A DNA stretch of 64,000 nt from Candidatus Omnitrophota bacterium (GTDB lineage Bacteria; Omnitrophota; Omnitrophia; Omnitrophales; Aquincolibacteriaceae). The notes beneath the pieces are model-generated. The model worked only from the letters and a program-made list of their open reading frames with translations. It had not been told where the DNA came from and ran no database searches. Position 1 is the first letter of the stretch; each line of letters begins with the position of its first letter. This document shows positions 1-10,483 of the stretch, piece by piece. The translations under genes and the position numbers were made by a program. The DNA lies in the NCBI GenBank assembly GCA_043803685.1, contig JAZDJU010000040.1, positions 1 through 64,000 on the forward strand. Direction: 5' to 3'.

Positions 1-353
1 CTCCTTTGATGCTGTTCCTAATACAAGTATAGGTCTTTGCTAGGTGTAATGCAACTTTGTTTAACTAGCAAAAGAGTCTATTTTTCTGTTAGAAAGTCTT
101 TTGTATAGCAACTTATAACATTTTGAGAGATTTGATGAGAGAACCATTTTTGGCGGGAAGACCCTGAGAAAACATAGCAATGCTCTGAGTATGGCCATTG
201 CCACAGACTGCCCCATTTTTCTCAGTCTGTCTTTTCAGTTTGTCTCTGGCAAAGTCGCGTGGCGCATACTTCTGGATTATGGGCCTTGGAATTTTGTATA
301 CTTGTGCAGGTCGTCGGCATTGTTGTCGTTTCATTTTCAAATAAAGGAAGATC

Positions 354-2099
354 ATGGGCAGCCCTTCATTCTTAACCGAGATCCTTCTGGTTCTTTTGAT
401 GGCGACCGTGGTGGCCGTGATCTTCGAGAGGTTCCGTCTTCCCGCGATCCTCGGATTTCTTCTGACAGGCGTGATCATCGGTCCCCAGGGACTCGGCATT
501 CTTTCGAATAACGAACACATCCGGATGCTCGCGGAGCTCGGAGTCGTGCTTCTCATGCTTACGATCGGGTTGGAGTTCTCCTTTGAGCGGTTGCGCGGGA
601 TGCAGAATATCGCGGTGATCGGCGGGACCCTGCAGATCCTGATCTCGATCGGGGTTTCGATGGCCTTCGGCTGGTGGCGCGGCTGGAACTTTTATGAGAG
701 TTTCTTTCTGGGCTCGGTCATCGCGCTCAGCTCGACGGCGATCGTTCTTAAATATTTGATGGACCGCGGCGAGATCGATTCGCCGCACGGTCGTATCGCG
801 ATCGCGATCCTGATCTTTCAGGATCTCGCGGTCGTGCCGCTTATGATCTTTCTCTCGGCCTTCGGGCAGTCGATGGCTTCGGTGGGTCTGGCCCTCGGAC
901 TCGCGCTCCTTAAAACGGTTCTGCTTTTGGCCGGAGCTTTTGTTTTTTCCCGCTTTCTTCTCCCTCAGCTTCTCTATCGCGTGGCGGCGATCCGGAACCG
1001 CGAGATCTTCTTCCTTTTCTCGGTCGTGGTGTGTCTGGGGATGGCGTGGGGGAGCGGTGCGCTAGGGCTTTCCATGGCCATCGGCGCGCTTCTGGCAGGG
1101 TTCATGTTCGCGAACACCGGTTTTTCACACCAGCTGATCGGGGATATCATTCCGTTCCGTCACCTCTTTGTGAGCATTTTCTTTGTTTCGATCGGGCTTT
1201 TATTCGATGTTCATTTCTTCCTGACGCATCTCCCTCTCGTGCTTTCGGTGGTGGGGCTTGTTCTTTTCATCAACTTTTTCATCATGACGCTTTTGATCAT
1301 GGCCTTCGGGTTCCCGCCGCGTGTGGCCGTGATCACCGGGATCATCCTTTCGCAGATCGGGGAGTTCTCGTTCCTGTTGATCGAAATGGCACGCGGGTCG
1401 GGGCACATTACGCCCGAACTTTACCAGGTGCTTCTCTCGACGGCATTCATGACCATGCTCATGACGCCGCTTCTCTTTGCGGCGATCCCGTTTGTACTGA
1501 AGATCTTGAGCCGGTTCGTGATCTTCGGGGTGCCTCCCGCGAGTTGGACCAAACCAGACCGCGGGCTTTCTTCTCTCACCGGTCATGTGATCCTCTGCGG
1601 GTTCGGACCTACGGGGCGGGAACTGGCCCTGGCTTTTCAGGAGGAAAAAGTGCCGTTCGTGATCGTTGAAATGAATCCGGTCAGGATGCGCGAGGCCAAG
1701 AAGCTGCACATGAAAGCGATCTATGGAGACGCGTCCAATCAGGAGGTCCTGAAAAGGGTCGGTATCAGCCGTGCCCGGGCGGTTGTTGTCAGCTTTCCCG
1801 ACCCCCTTGGCATGAGCCAGATCATTCGCGTGGTGCAGGGACTGAATCCGGATGTGACCCTTGCGGTGCGGGCGCGTTACGAAGGACAGATGTCACAACT
1901 TTATGAGCTGGGAGCGGATGTCGTGGTCACCGAAGAGTGGGAGGCGGGCCAAGAATTGAGTCGTCTGGTTCTCGGGCAATTGGATATTCCCAAGGAGAGG
2001 ATCGAGCATCACCTGAGCCGGATCCGCTCGCGTAAAGAACTCGCGGTCGAAGAAGCGATCTTCCGGCGCATGGCGAAAACGGCTATCCCTGGTAAATGA
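354..2099 (+). CDS. CPA2-family (Kef-type) cation:proton antiporter with C-terminal TrkA-N (RCK) domain
   Basis: ~12 TM segments, LAELGVVLLMLTIGLEFS, ALSSTAIV, IFQDL, LSQIGEFSF; RCK motif HVILCGFGPTG...YGDAS. Confidence 0.92.
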   Translation: MGSPSFLTEILLVLLMATVVAVIFERFRLPAILGFLLTGVIIGPQGLGILSNNEHIRMLAELGVVLLMLTIGLEFSFERLRGMQNIAVIGGTLQILISIGVSMAFGWWRGWNFYESFFLGSVIALSSTAIVLKYLMDRGEIDSPHGRIAIAILIFQDLAVVPLMIFLSAFGQSMASVGLALGLALLKTVLLLAGAFVFSRFLLPQLLYRVAAIRNREIFFLFSVVVCLGMAWGSGALGLSMAIGALLAGFMFANTGFSHQLIGDIIPFRHLFVSIFFVSIGLLFDVHFFLTHLPLVLSVVGLVLFINFFIMTLLIMAFGFPPRVAVITGIILSQIGEFSFLLIEMARGSGHITPELYQVLLSTAFMTMLMTPLLFAAIPFVLKILSRFVIFGVPPASWTKPDRGLSSLTGHVILCGFGPTGRELALAFQEEKVPFVIVEMNPVRMREAKKLHMKAIYGDASNQEVLKRVGISRARAVVVSFPDPLGMSQIIRVVQGLNPDVTLAVRARYEGQMSQLYELGADVVVTEEWEAGQELSRLVLGQLDIPKERIEHHLSRIRSRKELAVEEAIFRRMAKTAIPGK

Positions 2100-2183
2100 T
2101 AAGTGATAGATTAAAGCGTTTTCAGTGTTCCATGCTTTCATTTTTTGGAGTCCGAGTGATTTTCTAACCTACGGAGGTTCTCT

Positions 2184-3083
2184 ATGAAGTGGTTGATGAA
2201 ACTGATCATGCTGATCGTTGTCGTGTTGGTCGTGTTAGTGCTTGCGCGCAATGTCGTGGTGAAAGCGGCCGCGGAGAGCGGCGTGCGGGCCGTCACGGGG
2301 ATGCCCCTCAGTATCGGGAAGTTCGACCTCAATTTGTCGAACACATTCGTGGATATCGAAGCCCTCGTGGTCAAAAACCCGACGGGTTTTCACGATACGG
2401 CACTGGTCGATATCCCCAAGATCCTCGTCGACTACAATCTTTCCGATATTCTCAAAGGGAACGTTCATCTTGAAAGTATCGAATTCGATATGAAACAGTT
2501 CACGGTCGTGAAGAACGAAAAGGGCGAGCTCAATCTGGACCGGTTGAAAGCGCTCCAGGGGACCCAGAAGGCGCCTACCCAGCCCCAAAAACAGGAAGAG
2601 CCGAAAGCTCCCGCCAAGCCCATGCCGATCCAGATCGATATGATGCGCCTGAAGATCGGCAAAGTCGTTTTTGTGGATTATTCCAGCGGCAAGCCTTCGA
2701 CCAAGGAATTCCGCATCAATCTCGATCAAAGCTATCAGAACATCACGGACCTCAATAGCGTGGTGCGTTTGATCGTCCTGAAGGCCATGATGAGTTCCGG
2801 GATCTCGAATCTTGTGAATTTCGATCTGGGAGGTCTTGAGGGAACCCTGACGGGAGCCTTCAGCGCTTCCACCCAACTGGCGGCCCAGGCTGCGGCAAAA
2901 AGTCTGGATACGCTTAAGACCGCCGCAACGAATCCAACCGCGATCCCGGGACAGGTCGGGGGTGTTCTTAAGGATACGACCGGCGCTGTCGGAAGTACCA
3001 CTAAGGAAGTGGCCGGTGGCGTTAAGACCGCCGCGAGCAGTCTTAAGAATAAACTAAAAATTTTCGGGAGTAGTAATTCTTGA
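2184..3083 (+). CDS. AsmA-family-like membrane-anchored protein
   Basis: N-terminal TM anchor, VVKNPTGF motif, NEKGELNL; low-complexity A/T/G C-terminal tail; SD GGAGG upstream. Confidence 0.7.
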   Translation: MKWLMKLIMLIVVVLVVLVLARNVVVKAAAESGVRAVTGMPLSIGKFDLNLSNTFVDIEALVVKNPTGFHDTALVDIPKILVDYNLSDILKGNVHLESIEFDMKQFTVVKNEKGELNLDRLKALQGTQKAPTQPQKQEEPKAPAKPMPIQIDMMRLKIGKVVFVDYSSGKPSTKEFRINLDQSYQNITDLNSVVRLIVLKAMMSSGISNLVNFDLGGLEGTLTGAFSASTQLAAQAAAKSLDTLKTAATNPTAIPGQVGGVLKDTTGAVGSTTKEVAGGVKTAASSLKNKLKIFGSSNS

Positions 3084-3117
3084 TCTCCTCCAAAGCTGAG
3101 GCGAAAGGGAACCTTTC

Positions 3118-4341
3118 GTGAGCCGAGAAGAAGAACTCAAGGTACTTCTTTCCATTACGCATCAGATCAATGAAGGTCTGACGGTCGAGGAAGTCCTGGA
3201 TTACGCCTACAAGACCCTGCAGGCCATCATTCCTTACGACCGGATCGGATTTTCCCTTCTGGAGGAGAACAATACGGTCCTGCGTTCCTATTGGGCCTGC
3301 TCAAAAATGTCAGAGGTTCGGATAGGGAAAAATTACTCCGCAGGGATGAAAGGTAGCAGTCTTGAAAAAGTCCTTCAAACGCAAGAGCCGCGTATCCTGA
3401 ACGATCTCGAGACTTATCTCAGGGACCATCCGGACTCGAAGTCCACGAGAGATATTGTGGCAGAGGGAATGCGTTCGAGTTTGACCTGCCCCCTGATCGT
3501 CTCCGGAAAGCCCATGGGGTTTCTCTTTTTTTCAAGTCAGAAGACGCATCAATATCAAAACGCGCACGTAGAACTTTTTCAGGAGATCGCGGAACAGCTT
3601 GCCATGACCCTTGAAAAAAGCCGGCTTTATGAACAGGTGGTCCGGTTCAACGATATGAAGAACAAGTTCCTCGGCATGGCGGCGCATGACCTTCGTAGCC
3701 CCATCGCGGTCATCAAAGGCTACGCGGATCTTTTCACAGAAGGTTTTTTGGGGACCCTGGATGCTTCCCAGAAAGAACCGATACGGGTCATGTCCGGGAT
3801 CTGCGACAGAATGCTTGTTTTGATCAATGATCTGTTGGACGTCAGCGCGATCGAATCGGGCCATTTGGCGATGGATATGCGGGAGGTGGATCTGGAGGGC
3901 TATTTGACGGAGGCCCACCGGAATAACGCGCTTATGGCCAAAGCGAAGTCGATCGAGCTCATGCTGGATGTTCCGAAGGCCCTTCCGAGGATCTGGATGG
4001 ATCCCAATCGCATCGATCAAGTGATCAATAATCTCATCGCCAATGCCATTAAATTTTCAGAACCGCGGAGCCGGATCGTTCTCCGGGCGGTGCTTGTAGA
4101 GCGCGCGGTCGCGATCTCGGTCATCGACCAGGGGCAGGGCATTCCCGACGAAGAGATCCCCAAGATGTTCCAGTATTTTGGGAAGACGAAGGTTCTGCCG
4201 ACCGGGGGCGAGAAAAGCACAGGGCTCGGGCTCGCGATCGCTAAGCGTTTGGTGGAAGCCCACCGCGGGAAGATCAGCGTTGAAAGCCAACCGGGCCAAG
4301 GATCCACCTTTACCTTCACACTTCCTCTGAAGCTCTCCTGA
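3118..4341 (+). CDS. GAF-domain sensor histidine kinase (cytoplasmic, orphan)
   Basis: GAF ([19 protein letters not shown]), H-box AAHDLRSP, N-box [10 protein letters not shown]1 DQGQGI, G2 GLGLAI. Confidence 0.93.
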   Translation: MSREEELKVLLSITHQINEGLTVEEVLDYAYKTLQAIIPYDRIGFSLLEENNTVLRSYWACSKMSEVRIGKNYSAGMKGSSLEKVLQTQEPRILNDLETYLRDHPDSKSTRDIVAEGMRSSLTCPLIVSGKPMGFLFFSSQKTHQYQNAHVELFQEIAEQLAMTLEKSRLYEQVVRFNDMKNKFLGMAAHDLRSPIAVIKGYADLFTEGFLGTLDASQKEPIRVMSGICDRMLVLINDLLDVSAIESGHLAMDMREVDLEGYLTEAHRNNALMAKAKSIELMLDVPKALPRIWMDPNRIDQVINNLIANAIKFSEPRSRIVLRAVLVERAVAISVIDQGQGIPDEEIPKMFQYFGKTKVLPTGGEKSTGLGLAIAKRLVEAHRGKISVESQPGQGSTFTFTLPLKLS

Positions 4342-4348
4342 GCTCCCG

Positions 4349-4897
4349 GTGAATTCCCTCAGTTTGGAGATCAAGGCGCGATGTTCCGATCCCGTTCGCA
4401 TCCGAAAGATCCTGCTTGCCTATGGCGCGTCCTTCAAGGGATTGGACCTTCAGACCGACACGTATTTTCGCATTCCTTCCGGTCGGTTGAAGCTGCGTGA
4501 GGGGAATATCGAGAACGCTCTCATCCATTACAAGCGTGTGAACCAAAAGGGTTCCAAACGCTGTGATTCCACGCTCGCAAAATGCGAGAACGGTAGAGCG
4601 CTAAAAAAGACGTTGGCTGCCGCGCTTGGGGTTTTGACTGTGGTGATCAAGAAGCGGGAGATCTATTTTCTCCGCAACGTGAAATTCCATATCGATCGAG
4701 TCAAACATCTCGGGAATTTTGTCGAGATCGAGGCCTTTGGCCGCAAGGGCGGGAGTGCGGTGAAGCTCAGGAAACAATGCAAGTTTTATAAGAAGTTGCT
4801 TGGCATCTCTTCGCGGGATCTGCTTGCCGATTCGTATAGTGATCAGCTGTTGAGACTAGAGACTACAGACCGGAGACAGAAGACCAAAAATAAGTGA
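4349..4897 (+). CDS. CYTH / class IV adenylate cyclase family protein
   Basis: EIKAR start, QTDTYF, LKLRE, KKREIY, IDRVKHLGNFVEIE, SYSD. Confidence 0.88.
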   Translation: MNSLSLEIKARCSDPVRIRKILLAYGASFKGLDLQTDTYFRIPSGRLKLREGNIENALIHYKRVNQKGSKRCDSTLAKCENGRALKKTLAAALGVLTVVIKKREIYFLRNVKFHIDRVKHLGNFVEIEAFGRKGGSAVKLRKQCKFYKKLLGISSRDLLADSYSDQLLRLETTDRRQKTKNK

Positions 4898-4917
4898 AAA
4901 GGTTTTTGCTGTAGTCT

Positions 4918-6015
4918 TTAGTCTGCGGTCTTCAGTCTGACAGGTTGCCGTCTGGCTCCCCACGTTCCCGGCTTAGTTTCAAAGACCCCGGCGCAAGCAG
5001 CGCCACAAGAGCCGCACGCGCCGTTTTCTTTCAAGTTCCACAAGGTTATTTCATAACCGTCCCGGCCGATCAGTTTTTTACCGCAGGCATGGCAAAAGGT
5101 CGTCTCGCCTTCAGGGTTCTCGACATTTCCGGTATAACAGTAATGAATACCGTTTGCGAGCGCGATCTCGCGGGCTTTTTGGAGTGTGGAGGCCGGTGTC
5201 GAGGGAAGCTCCGGAAGTTTATGAGCCGGGTGAAAAGCCGTGAAGTGGAGCGGGACGTCCGGCCCCAGATTTTCCACGATCCAGGATGTCAGAGCTTGAA
5301 GTTCCTTGCCGGAATCATTCAGGCCCGGGATGAGGAGTGTCGTGATCTCGAGCCAGACCCGGGTCTCCTTCTTCAGATAGAGAAGCGTTTCGAGGACAGG
5401 TTGCAGGGAACTGTCCGTGTATTTTTTGTAGAACTCTTCCGTGAACCCTTTCAAGTCCACGTTCGCGGCATCCATCCACGCGTAAAATTCCTTCCGGGGT
5501 TCGGCGAACACGTAGCCCGCCGTGACCGCCACGGTCTTGATCCCGAGTTTGCGGCATTCCTTAGCGGTGTCGATGGCATACTCGTGGAAAATATGCGGTT
5601 CGTTGTAAGTGAAGGCGACGCTCCGGCAACGGAGCTCCCGGGCGGTTTCTGCGATGCGCTCGGGCGAGGCGGCATCTGCGAGCGTATCCATTTCCCGGGA
5701 GTGGCTGATATCCGCGTTTTGGCAGAATTTGCAGCCCAGGTTGCATCCTGCGGTTCCGAAGGAGAGTACCGGAGTTCCCGGGATAAAGTGGAAGAGCGGT
5801 TTTTTCTCGATCGGGTCCACGCAGAACCCGCTCGAACGGCCGTAAGTCGTGAGTACGATCCGGCCGTCCTGGCAGGCTCTGACAAAACAGAACCCGCGCT
5901 GTCCTTCCGTGAGCTTGCAATGGCGGGGACAAAGATCACACTGGATTTTGCCACCTTCAAGCTTGTGCCAGTATTTTGTCGGAACGATCGGTCCCATAAG
6001 GCCCCTATTCTGCAC
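4918..6015 (-). CDS. amrS: AmmeMemoRadiSam system radical SAM enzyme
   Basis: CDLCPRHC N-terminus, DPIEKKPLFHF, CNLGCKFCQN radical SAM motif, FTYNEP. Confidence 0.93.
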   Translation of the reverse strand: MQNRGLMGPIVPTKYWHKLEGGKIQCDLCPRHCKLTEGQRGFCFVRACQDGRIVLTTYGRSSGFCVDPIEKKPLFHFIPGTPVLSFGTAGCNLGCKFCQNADISHSREMDTLADAASPERIAETARELRCRSVAFTYNEPHIFHEYAIDTAKECRKLGIKTVAVTAGYVFAEPRKEFYAWMDAANVDLKGFTEEFYKKYTDSSLQPVLETLLYLKKETRVWLEITTLLIPGLNDSGKELQALTSWIVENLGPDVPLHFTAFHPAHKLPELPSTPASTLQKAREIALANGIHYCYTGNVENPEGETTFCHACGKKLIGRDGYEITLWNLKENGACGSCGAACAGVFETKPGTWGARRQPVRLKTAD

Positions 6016-6112
6016 CGGTTTTGGATGCTTGCCCAGACTAAAGAGAGGGGATCAGGAGGAGACAAGATTTGATCGAATAGGACGATAATCTCTCTCATAG
6101 CCAGAGAGGTGT

Positions 6113-6892
6113 TTGGAGATGAGTTCTTCCAGCGATTCTGAAGGAAAGCTTTTTGCTTATCTTTGCGCGGGCATTGTGTTGGGCATTGTGGGGTTCTTTC
6201 AAGGGTTCCAACTCCGCAAAAAAAGGAAGCTGATCGAGGATATTCCCACCTCGACCGTTCGCGGTGCCGCGTTGGGGTTGGCGGAGGTCAGCGGGACGGC
6301 CCGGGAATTTAAGAAGCTTCTGACCAGCGAATTCTCAAAGGTGCCTTGCGTTTTTTACCGCTACAAGGTCGAGGAGTACCGGAGCTCGGGGAAAAGCGGC
6401 AGTTGGGTCACGCTCGCGGAGCATACAAGCCCGGAATATTTTTATCTGGAAGACGCAACGGGCCGCTTGTTGATTTGCCCGGACCAGGCCGAGTTGCATG
6501 TGCATACAGACCATAAGTATAGCAACGGATTGGGCGCGAAGGACAAGGATCTCTTCTTGGCCCAACTGGAATCGATGGGGATCGGAACTCGGGGGTCATT
6601 TGGATTCGGGAAAAAACTTCGGTGTGAGGAAGCTTATATCGCTCCGGGAGATCCGGTTTATGCAATCGGACCGGTTCAACCGAATCCGCTGGTCAAGGGC
6701 TCCGCGCAAGGGTTCGAAAATGTTTGTATCGCGGCTCAGCCCGGCTCCTTTTTCCTGCTTTCCAGTGAAAGCGAAAAACATGTTTTGAGCGAATTTTCGG
6801 GTAGAATGTACCTGTTCCTTTACGGGGGCCCTGTGTTGACCGTGGCGTGTCTTTTTATTCTGATCGGACATTTCTTTCAGCGGATGTTTTAA
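6113..6892 (+). CDS. GIDE-domain (E3-ligase-like) membrane protein
   Basis: TM - IEDIPTS..G.AEVSG - CVFYRYKVEE - FYLEDATG - I.PGDPVYAIG - TM; adjacent to LemA. Confidence 0.75.
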   Translation: MEMSSSSDSEGKLFAYLCAGIVLGIVGFFQGFQLRKKRKLIEDIPTSTVRGAALGLAEVSGTAREFKKLLTSEFSKVPCVFYRYKVEEYRSSGKSGSWVTLAEHTSPEYFYLEDATGRLLICPDQAELHVHTDHKYSNGLGAKDKDLFLAQLESMGIGTRGSFGFGKKLRCEEAYIAPGDPVYAIGPVQPNPLVKGSAQGFENVCIAAQPGSFFLLSSESEKHVLSEFSGRMYLFLYGGPVLTVACLFILIGHFFQRMF

Positions 6893-6908
6893 AAAACAGG
6901 AGGGACGC

Positions 6909-7466
6909 ATGGAGCTTGTGGTGCTGGCGGTGGTGATCTTTGGAGTGCTCGGGATCATCGGGTATTTTGTCGGGATCTATAACGGTCTGATCCAGGTACG
7001 GAACAACGCGGACAAGGCTTGGGCGAATATCGATGTGCTTTTGAAACAGAGGCATGACGAATTGCCGAAGCTGATCGAGACCTGCAAGGGCTACATGAAA
7101 TACGAACAGTCGGTCCTCGAAAAGATCACTCAGGCCCGGACGGCTTTTATGAGCGCGACTTCGATCGAAGATAAAACGAAGGCGGAGAACCAGCTCGCGG
7201 CGGGGCTCAAAACGCTTTTCGCGGTCTCGGAGAACTATCCGGACCTGAAAGCAAACGCGAGTTTTCTCCAGCTCCAGACGCGCATTTCGGGGCTTGAAAA
7301 CGAGATCGCGGACCGGCGCGAATTCTTCAACGAGAGCGTCAATGTCTACAATATCCGGATCCAGCAATTTCCGGACGTTCTTCTTGCCAACAATCTCGGC
7401 TACACGCGTCGCTCTCTCTTGGAGATCCCTGCAGGGGAGAAGGAGGACGTGAAGATCCAGTTTTAG
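6909..7466 (+). CDS. lemA: LemA family protein
   Basis: YNGL...AWANIDVLLKQRHDELPKL, ENYPDLKA, ENEIADRREFFNESV. Confidence 0.95.
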   Translation: MELVVLAVVIFGVLGIIGYFVGIYNGLIQVRNNADKAWANIDVLLKQRHDELPKLIETCKGYMKYEQSVLEKITQARTAFMSATSIEDKTKAENQLAAGLKTLFAVSENYPDLKANASFLQLQTRISGLENEIADRREFFNESVNVYNIRIQQFPDVLLANNLGYTRRSLLEIPAGEKEDVKIQF

Positions 7467-7562
7467 CGGGGTTCCCCTCGCAAGTTCGCCCGACGGTGGG
7501 AGGGGATTGATGGGAGTGATCGGGGACCGGTGGAAATGAACTTTCACAAAGGAGAAGCCAGG

Positions 7563-7952
7563 ATGAAAAAGCTCTTTGGAGTGTTTGTAGCGATGATTTT
7601 TTGCTGTTCCATGTTTTGTGTTGCCCAGGTCCATGCCGAAGATAGCACCGGTACCTCGACGATGAGTCTTAAGGAGCAGCTTGAGGCGGATAAGGCGGCG
7701 ATCAAGGCGCAGAAGGAAGAGAATAAGGCTAACGCTCAAGCGGCCCGGTCAGAGGAAAAGTCCCTGAAAGAACAGATCCGCGCGGCCCGGCAATCCGGAG
7801 ACACCGCGAAGGTCAGCGAGCTTCAGGCTCAGTTGAAAACGACTCATAAGGAAAATGTCCAGGAGAAGAAGACGGACAGAAAAGAAATGCATGACGCTAA
7901 AAAGGAACTGAAGCAGGACCGTCGCACGGCGCGGGCCACAAGAAAACGCTAG
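7563..7952 (+). CDS. hypothetical secreted, highly charged coiled-coil protein
   Basis: SD AAGGAG, signal peptide ending VHA, K/E/A-rich body, followed by terminator. Confidence 0.7.
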   Translation: MKKLFGVFVAMIFCCSMFCVAQVHAEDSTGTSTMSLKEQLEADKAAIKAQKEENKANAQAARSEEKSLKEQIRAARQSGDTAKVSELQAQLKTTHKENVQEKKTDRKEMHDAKKELKQDRRTARATRKR

Positions 7953-7971
7953 GGAACGGATCTTTTTTCAG

Positions 7972-8015
7972 AAAAAAGGGGCAAGCCGGTCCTTCGGCTT
8001 GCCCCTTTTGTTTTT
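7972..8015. terminator. bidirectional intrinsic terminator
   Basis: AAAAGGGGCAAGCCG / CGGCTTGCCCCTTTT stem with A and T tails between convergent genes. Confidence 0.85.
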
Positions 8016-8034
8016 CAGACCCAAGTCGTGTGTC

Positions 8035-8382
8035 TTAAGAGCGGATCATGATCAGAAGCATTTTAAAAGGCTGGATAGCTTTGAGCGAATGAGGGATGCC
8101 CGCGGGCATGATGATCATTTCGCCTTTCTTCAAATGATACGGCTTTCCATCGATCAGGATCTTTGCTTTACCGTCAAGGATCAAGACCGACGCGTCGTAA
8201 GGGGCGGTGTGCTCGCTCAGGCCCTCGCCACGATCGAAAGCGAACAGGGTCAGCGACCCCGCCTTTTTATTCAGGATCTGTTTGCTGACGACGGAGCTTT
8301 TCTGGTAGGTCACAAGATTTGCGAGCACGAGAGGTTCCGCGATGAAATCTTTTGCTGGAGCGGGCGAAGGTTTGGAGGCCAT
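8035..8382 (-). CDS. cupin domain protein
   Basis: LTLFAFDRGEGLSEHTAP, MPAGIPHSL. Confidence 0.9.
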   Translation of the reverse strand: MASKPSPAPAKDFIAEPLVLANLVTYQKSSVVSKQILNKKAGSLTLFAFDRGEGLSEHTAPYDASVLILDGKAKILIDGKPYHLKKGEMIIMPAGIPHSLKAIQPFKMLLIMIRS

Positions 8383-8400
8383 AAGTCCTTTCAGGGATGT

Positions 8401-9465
8401 TTAAAAACATTTTCCTGTGGTTTTGCGCGGACAAGAGGTTGTGGAACATTGGTAGCAGATCTCATTCGGCAGTTTTTGTTCTTTGAAATAGGCTCGGACG
8501 TTCTCGAGGGTCGTGGTCGCGATATTCTGAAGCGCTTCCCGGGTAAAAAATCCCTGGTGGGATGTGACTACGACGTTATTGAAGGAAAGAAGACGCGCGA
8601 GCACGTCGTCCGTGATGACCTTGTTGGAAAAGTCCTCGAAGAAATAATCGCTTTCTTCTTCATACACATCGAGTCCCGCGAATCCGACCTTGCCCGTCTT
8701 CAGTCCCTCGACGAGGGATTTCGAGTCGATCAGCATGCCCCGGCCTGTGTTGATGATCATGACACCCGGTTTCATTTTCGCGATGCTTGCTTCGTTGATC
8801 AAATGGTAAGTTTCTTTCGTGAGCGGGCAGTGGAGCGAAAGGATGTCGGCATTTTTGTAAAGAGTGTCGAGGTCCACGTATTCAAAGCCTGTCTTCCTCT
8901 GAAATTCCAGATCGGGGAAGGCGTCGTAAGCGAGAACTCGCATCCCGAAGCCCTTGAGGATCTCGATCAGGACCTTTCCGATCTTTCCGGTGCCGATGAC
9001 ACCGGCGGTTTTTCCGCGCATATCAAAACCCAGGAGCCCGTTCAGCGTGAAATTGTTGTCGCGGGTCCGGTAATAAGCCCGGTGGACTTTTCGATTTAAT
9101 GCCATCATCAGGGCGACCGCATGCTCCGCGACCGCGTAAGGGGAATAAGCCGGAACGCGGACCGTGTGGATCTTCCCGAACAAGGTTTTCAGGTCGAGGT
9201 TGTTGTACCCGGCGGCCCGGATCGCGATCAGCCGGATCTTGTTCCGGGTCAGGACTTCGATCACGTCTTTCTGGACTGAGTCGTTCACAAAGACGCAGAT
9301 CACGTCAAAACCTTGTGTGAGCGAGGCGGTCTCGGAAGTCAGATGATTCTTGAAATAGGTGATCTTGAAACCGAAATCGTGGTTTGCGGCGTCAAAGAAT
9401 TCGATGTCGTAGGGCTTGGCGTCGAAGAAGGCGATCTTGAGTGGATCGGGCATTTTCGTTTCCAT
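8401..9465 (-). CDS. ldhA: D-isomer-specific 2-hydroxyacid (D-lactate) dehydrogenase
   Basis: RVPAYSPYAVAEH, GVIGTGKIG, SLHCPLT, INTGRG, LDVYEEE, TSHQGF. Confidence 0.9.
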   Translation of the reverse strand: METKMPDPLKIAFFDAKPYDIEFFDAANHDFGFKITYFKNHLTSETASLTQGFDVICVFVNDSVQKDVIEVLTRNKIRLIAIRAAGYNNLDLKTLFGKIHTVRVPAYSPYAVAEHAVALMMALNRKVHRAYYRTRDNNFTLNGLLGFDMRGKTAGVIGTGKIGKVLIEILKGFGMRVLAYDAFPDLEFQRKTGFEYVDLDTLYKNADILSLHCPLTKETYHLINEASIAKMKPGVMIINTGRGMLIDSKSLVEGLKTGKVGFAGLDVYEEESDYFFEDFSNKVITDDVLARLLSFNNVVVTSHQGFFTREALQNIATTTLENVRAYFKEQKLPNEICYQCSTTSCPRKTTGKCF

Positions 9466-9572
9466 CGGAGACTCCTTTCTGTTTCATTATAGTACGGCGC
9501 GGTAGCAAACTCCATACGTCTCCGGACCTTTTAGGTGTAGAATAAGGCCGGATTTCAGACTGGGAGGCAAGG

Positions 9573-10400
9573 ATGAAGACCCGAGAAAGGATCCGTACCG
9601 CTGCGGTAAGCGGGCAATTTTACAACGCAGAGCCGGAACACCTCCGACAAAAAGTTCGCGGGTTCCTGGCTGACGCGAAAGGCGTTCCCTCTAACGATGT
9701 CCGGGCGATTATCGTCCCGCATGCCGGGCATGAATATTCAGGACAGGTCGCGGCTGAGGCTTACAAACTCGTTGAAGGGCGGACGTTCGAGAGCGTGGTC
9801 GTTGTTGCTTTTTTACATCGTGTTTTTGCGCAGGGCGTTCTTGTCGATGATGTGACCGCTTATGAAACGCCGCTTGGACGTATTCCGGTCGATCTGGGAT
9901 TGGCCGGCCAGATCCGGCAATATCATCCGAGTCTCCAGAATGCGGTGCCTGTTCGCCTGGAAGAACATTCCTTGGAAGTCCAGCTTCCGTTTCTTCAGGA
10001 AGCGGTCCCTGGACTCAAGATCGTTCCTATCTATATCGGCATTCAGAATATCCAGAATGTTACGATCCTTGCGGACGCTTTGGCCAAAATGCTTGAGGGC
10101 CGCAATGTGCTCGTGGTCGTGACGACGGATCTTTCTCATTTTCATCCCTATGAAATAGCGTCCCAGAAAGATCAAGCCTTGGTCGCGATGTTCGAAAAAG
10201 GGGACGTCGGCGCGATCTATGACGCCTATACTCGCGAAGAAGCGGAAGCCTGCGGTATGGGGCCGGTGCTGACTTCGATCTTACTGGCCCGAAAAATGAA
10301 ATGGTCCGGTCCTTATTTACTCCAGTACGCTAATTCGGGGGATGTGACTGGGGACCGGAGCTCGGTCGTGGGTTATGCAGCGATGGTTTTTCGAAAATAG
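9573..10400 (+). CDS. amrB: AmmeMemoRadiSam system protein B (MEMO1 family)
   Basis: AVSGQFY, PHAGHEYSG, EHSLEVQLPFLQ, DLSHF, ACG, SGDVTGD...VVGY. Confidence 0.93.
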   Translation: MKTRERIRTAAVSGQFYNAEPEHLRQKVRGFLADAKGVPSNDVRAIIVPHAGHEYSGQVAAEAYKLVEGRTFESVVVVAFLHRVFAQGVLVDDVTAYETPLGRIPVDLGLAGQIRQYHPSLQNAVPVRLEEHSLEVQLPFLQEAVPGLKIVPIYIGIQNIQNVTILADALAKMLEGRNVLVVVTTDLSHFHPYEIASQKDQALVAMFEKGDVGAIYDAYTREEAEACGMGPVLTSILLARKMKWSGPYLLQYANSGDVTGDRSSVVGYAAMVFRK

Positions 10401-10483
10401 CGACAAGCGTTAAGTGGTAAGCGGTAAGAATAAAATCTGTTTTCTTAACGCCGGACGCTTATCTCTTACCGCTTAAAGGTGAA

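Noticed and set aside
1..350. ORFs 113..556 and 191..511
   Set aside because: No recognisable motifs; region looks like an AT-rich divergent promoter (CTCCTT at 1-6 may be the SD of a minus-strand gene outside the window).
4945..6072. 375-aa plus-strand ORF (likewise 7999..9099)
   Set aside because: Antisense shadows of amrS and of cupin/ldhA.
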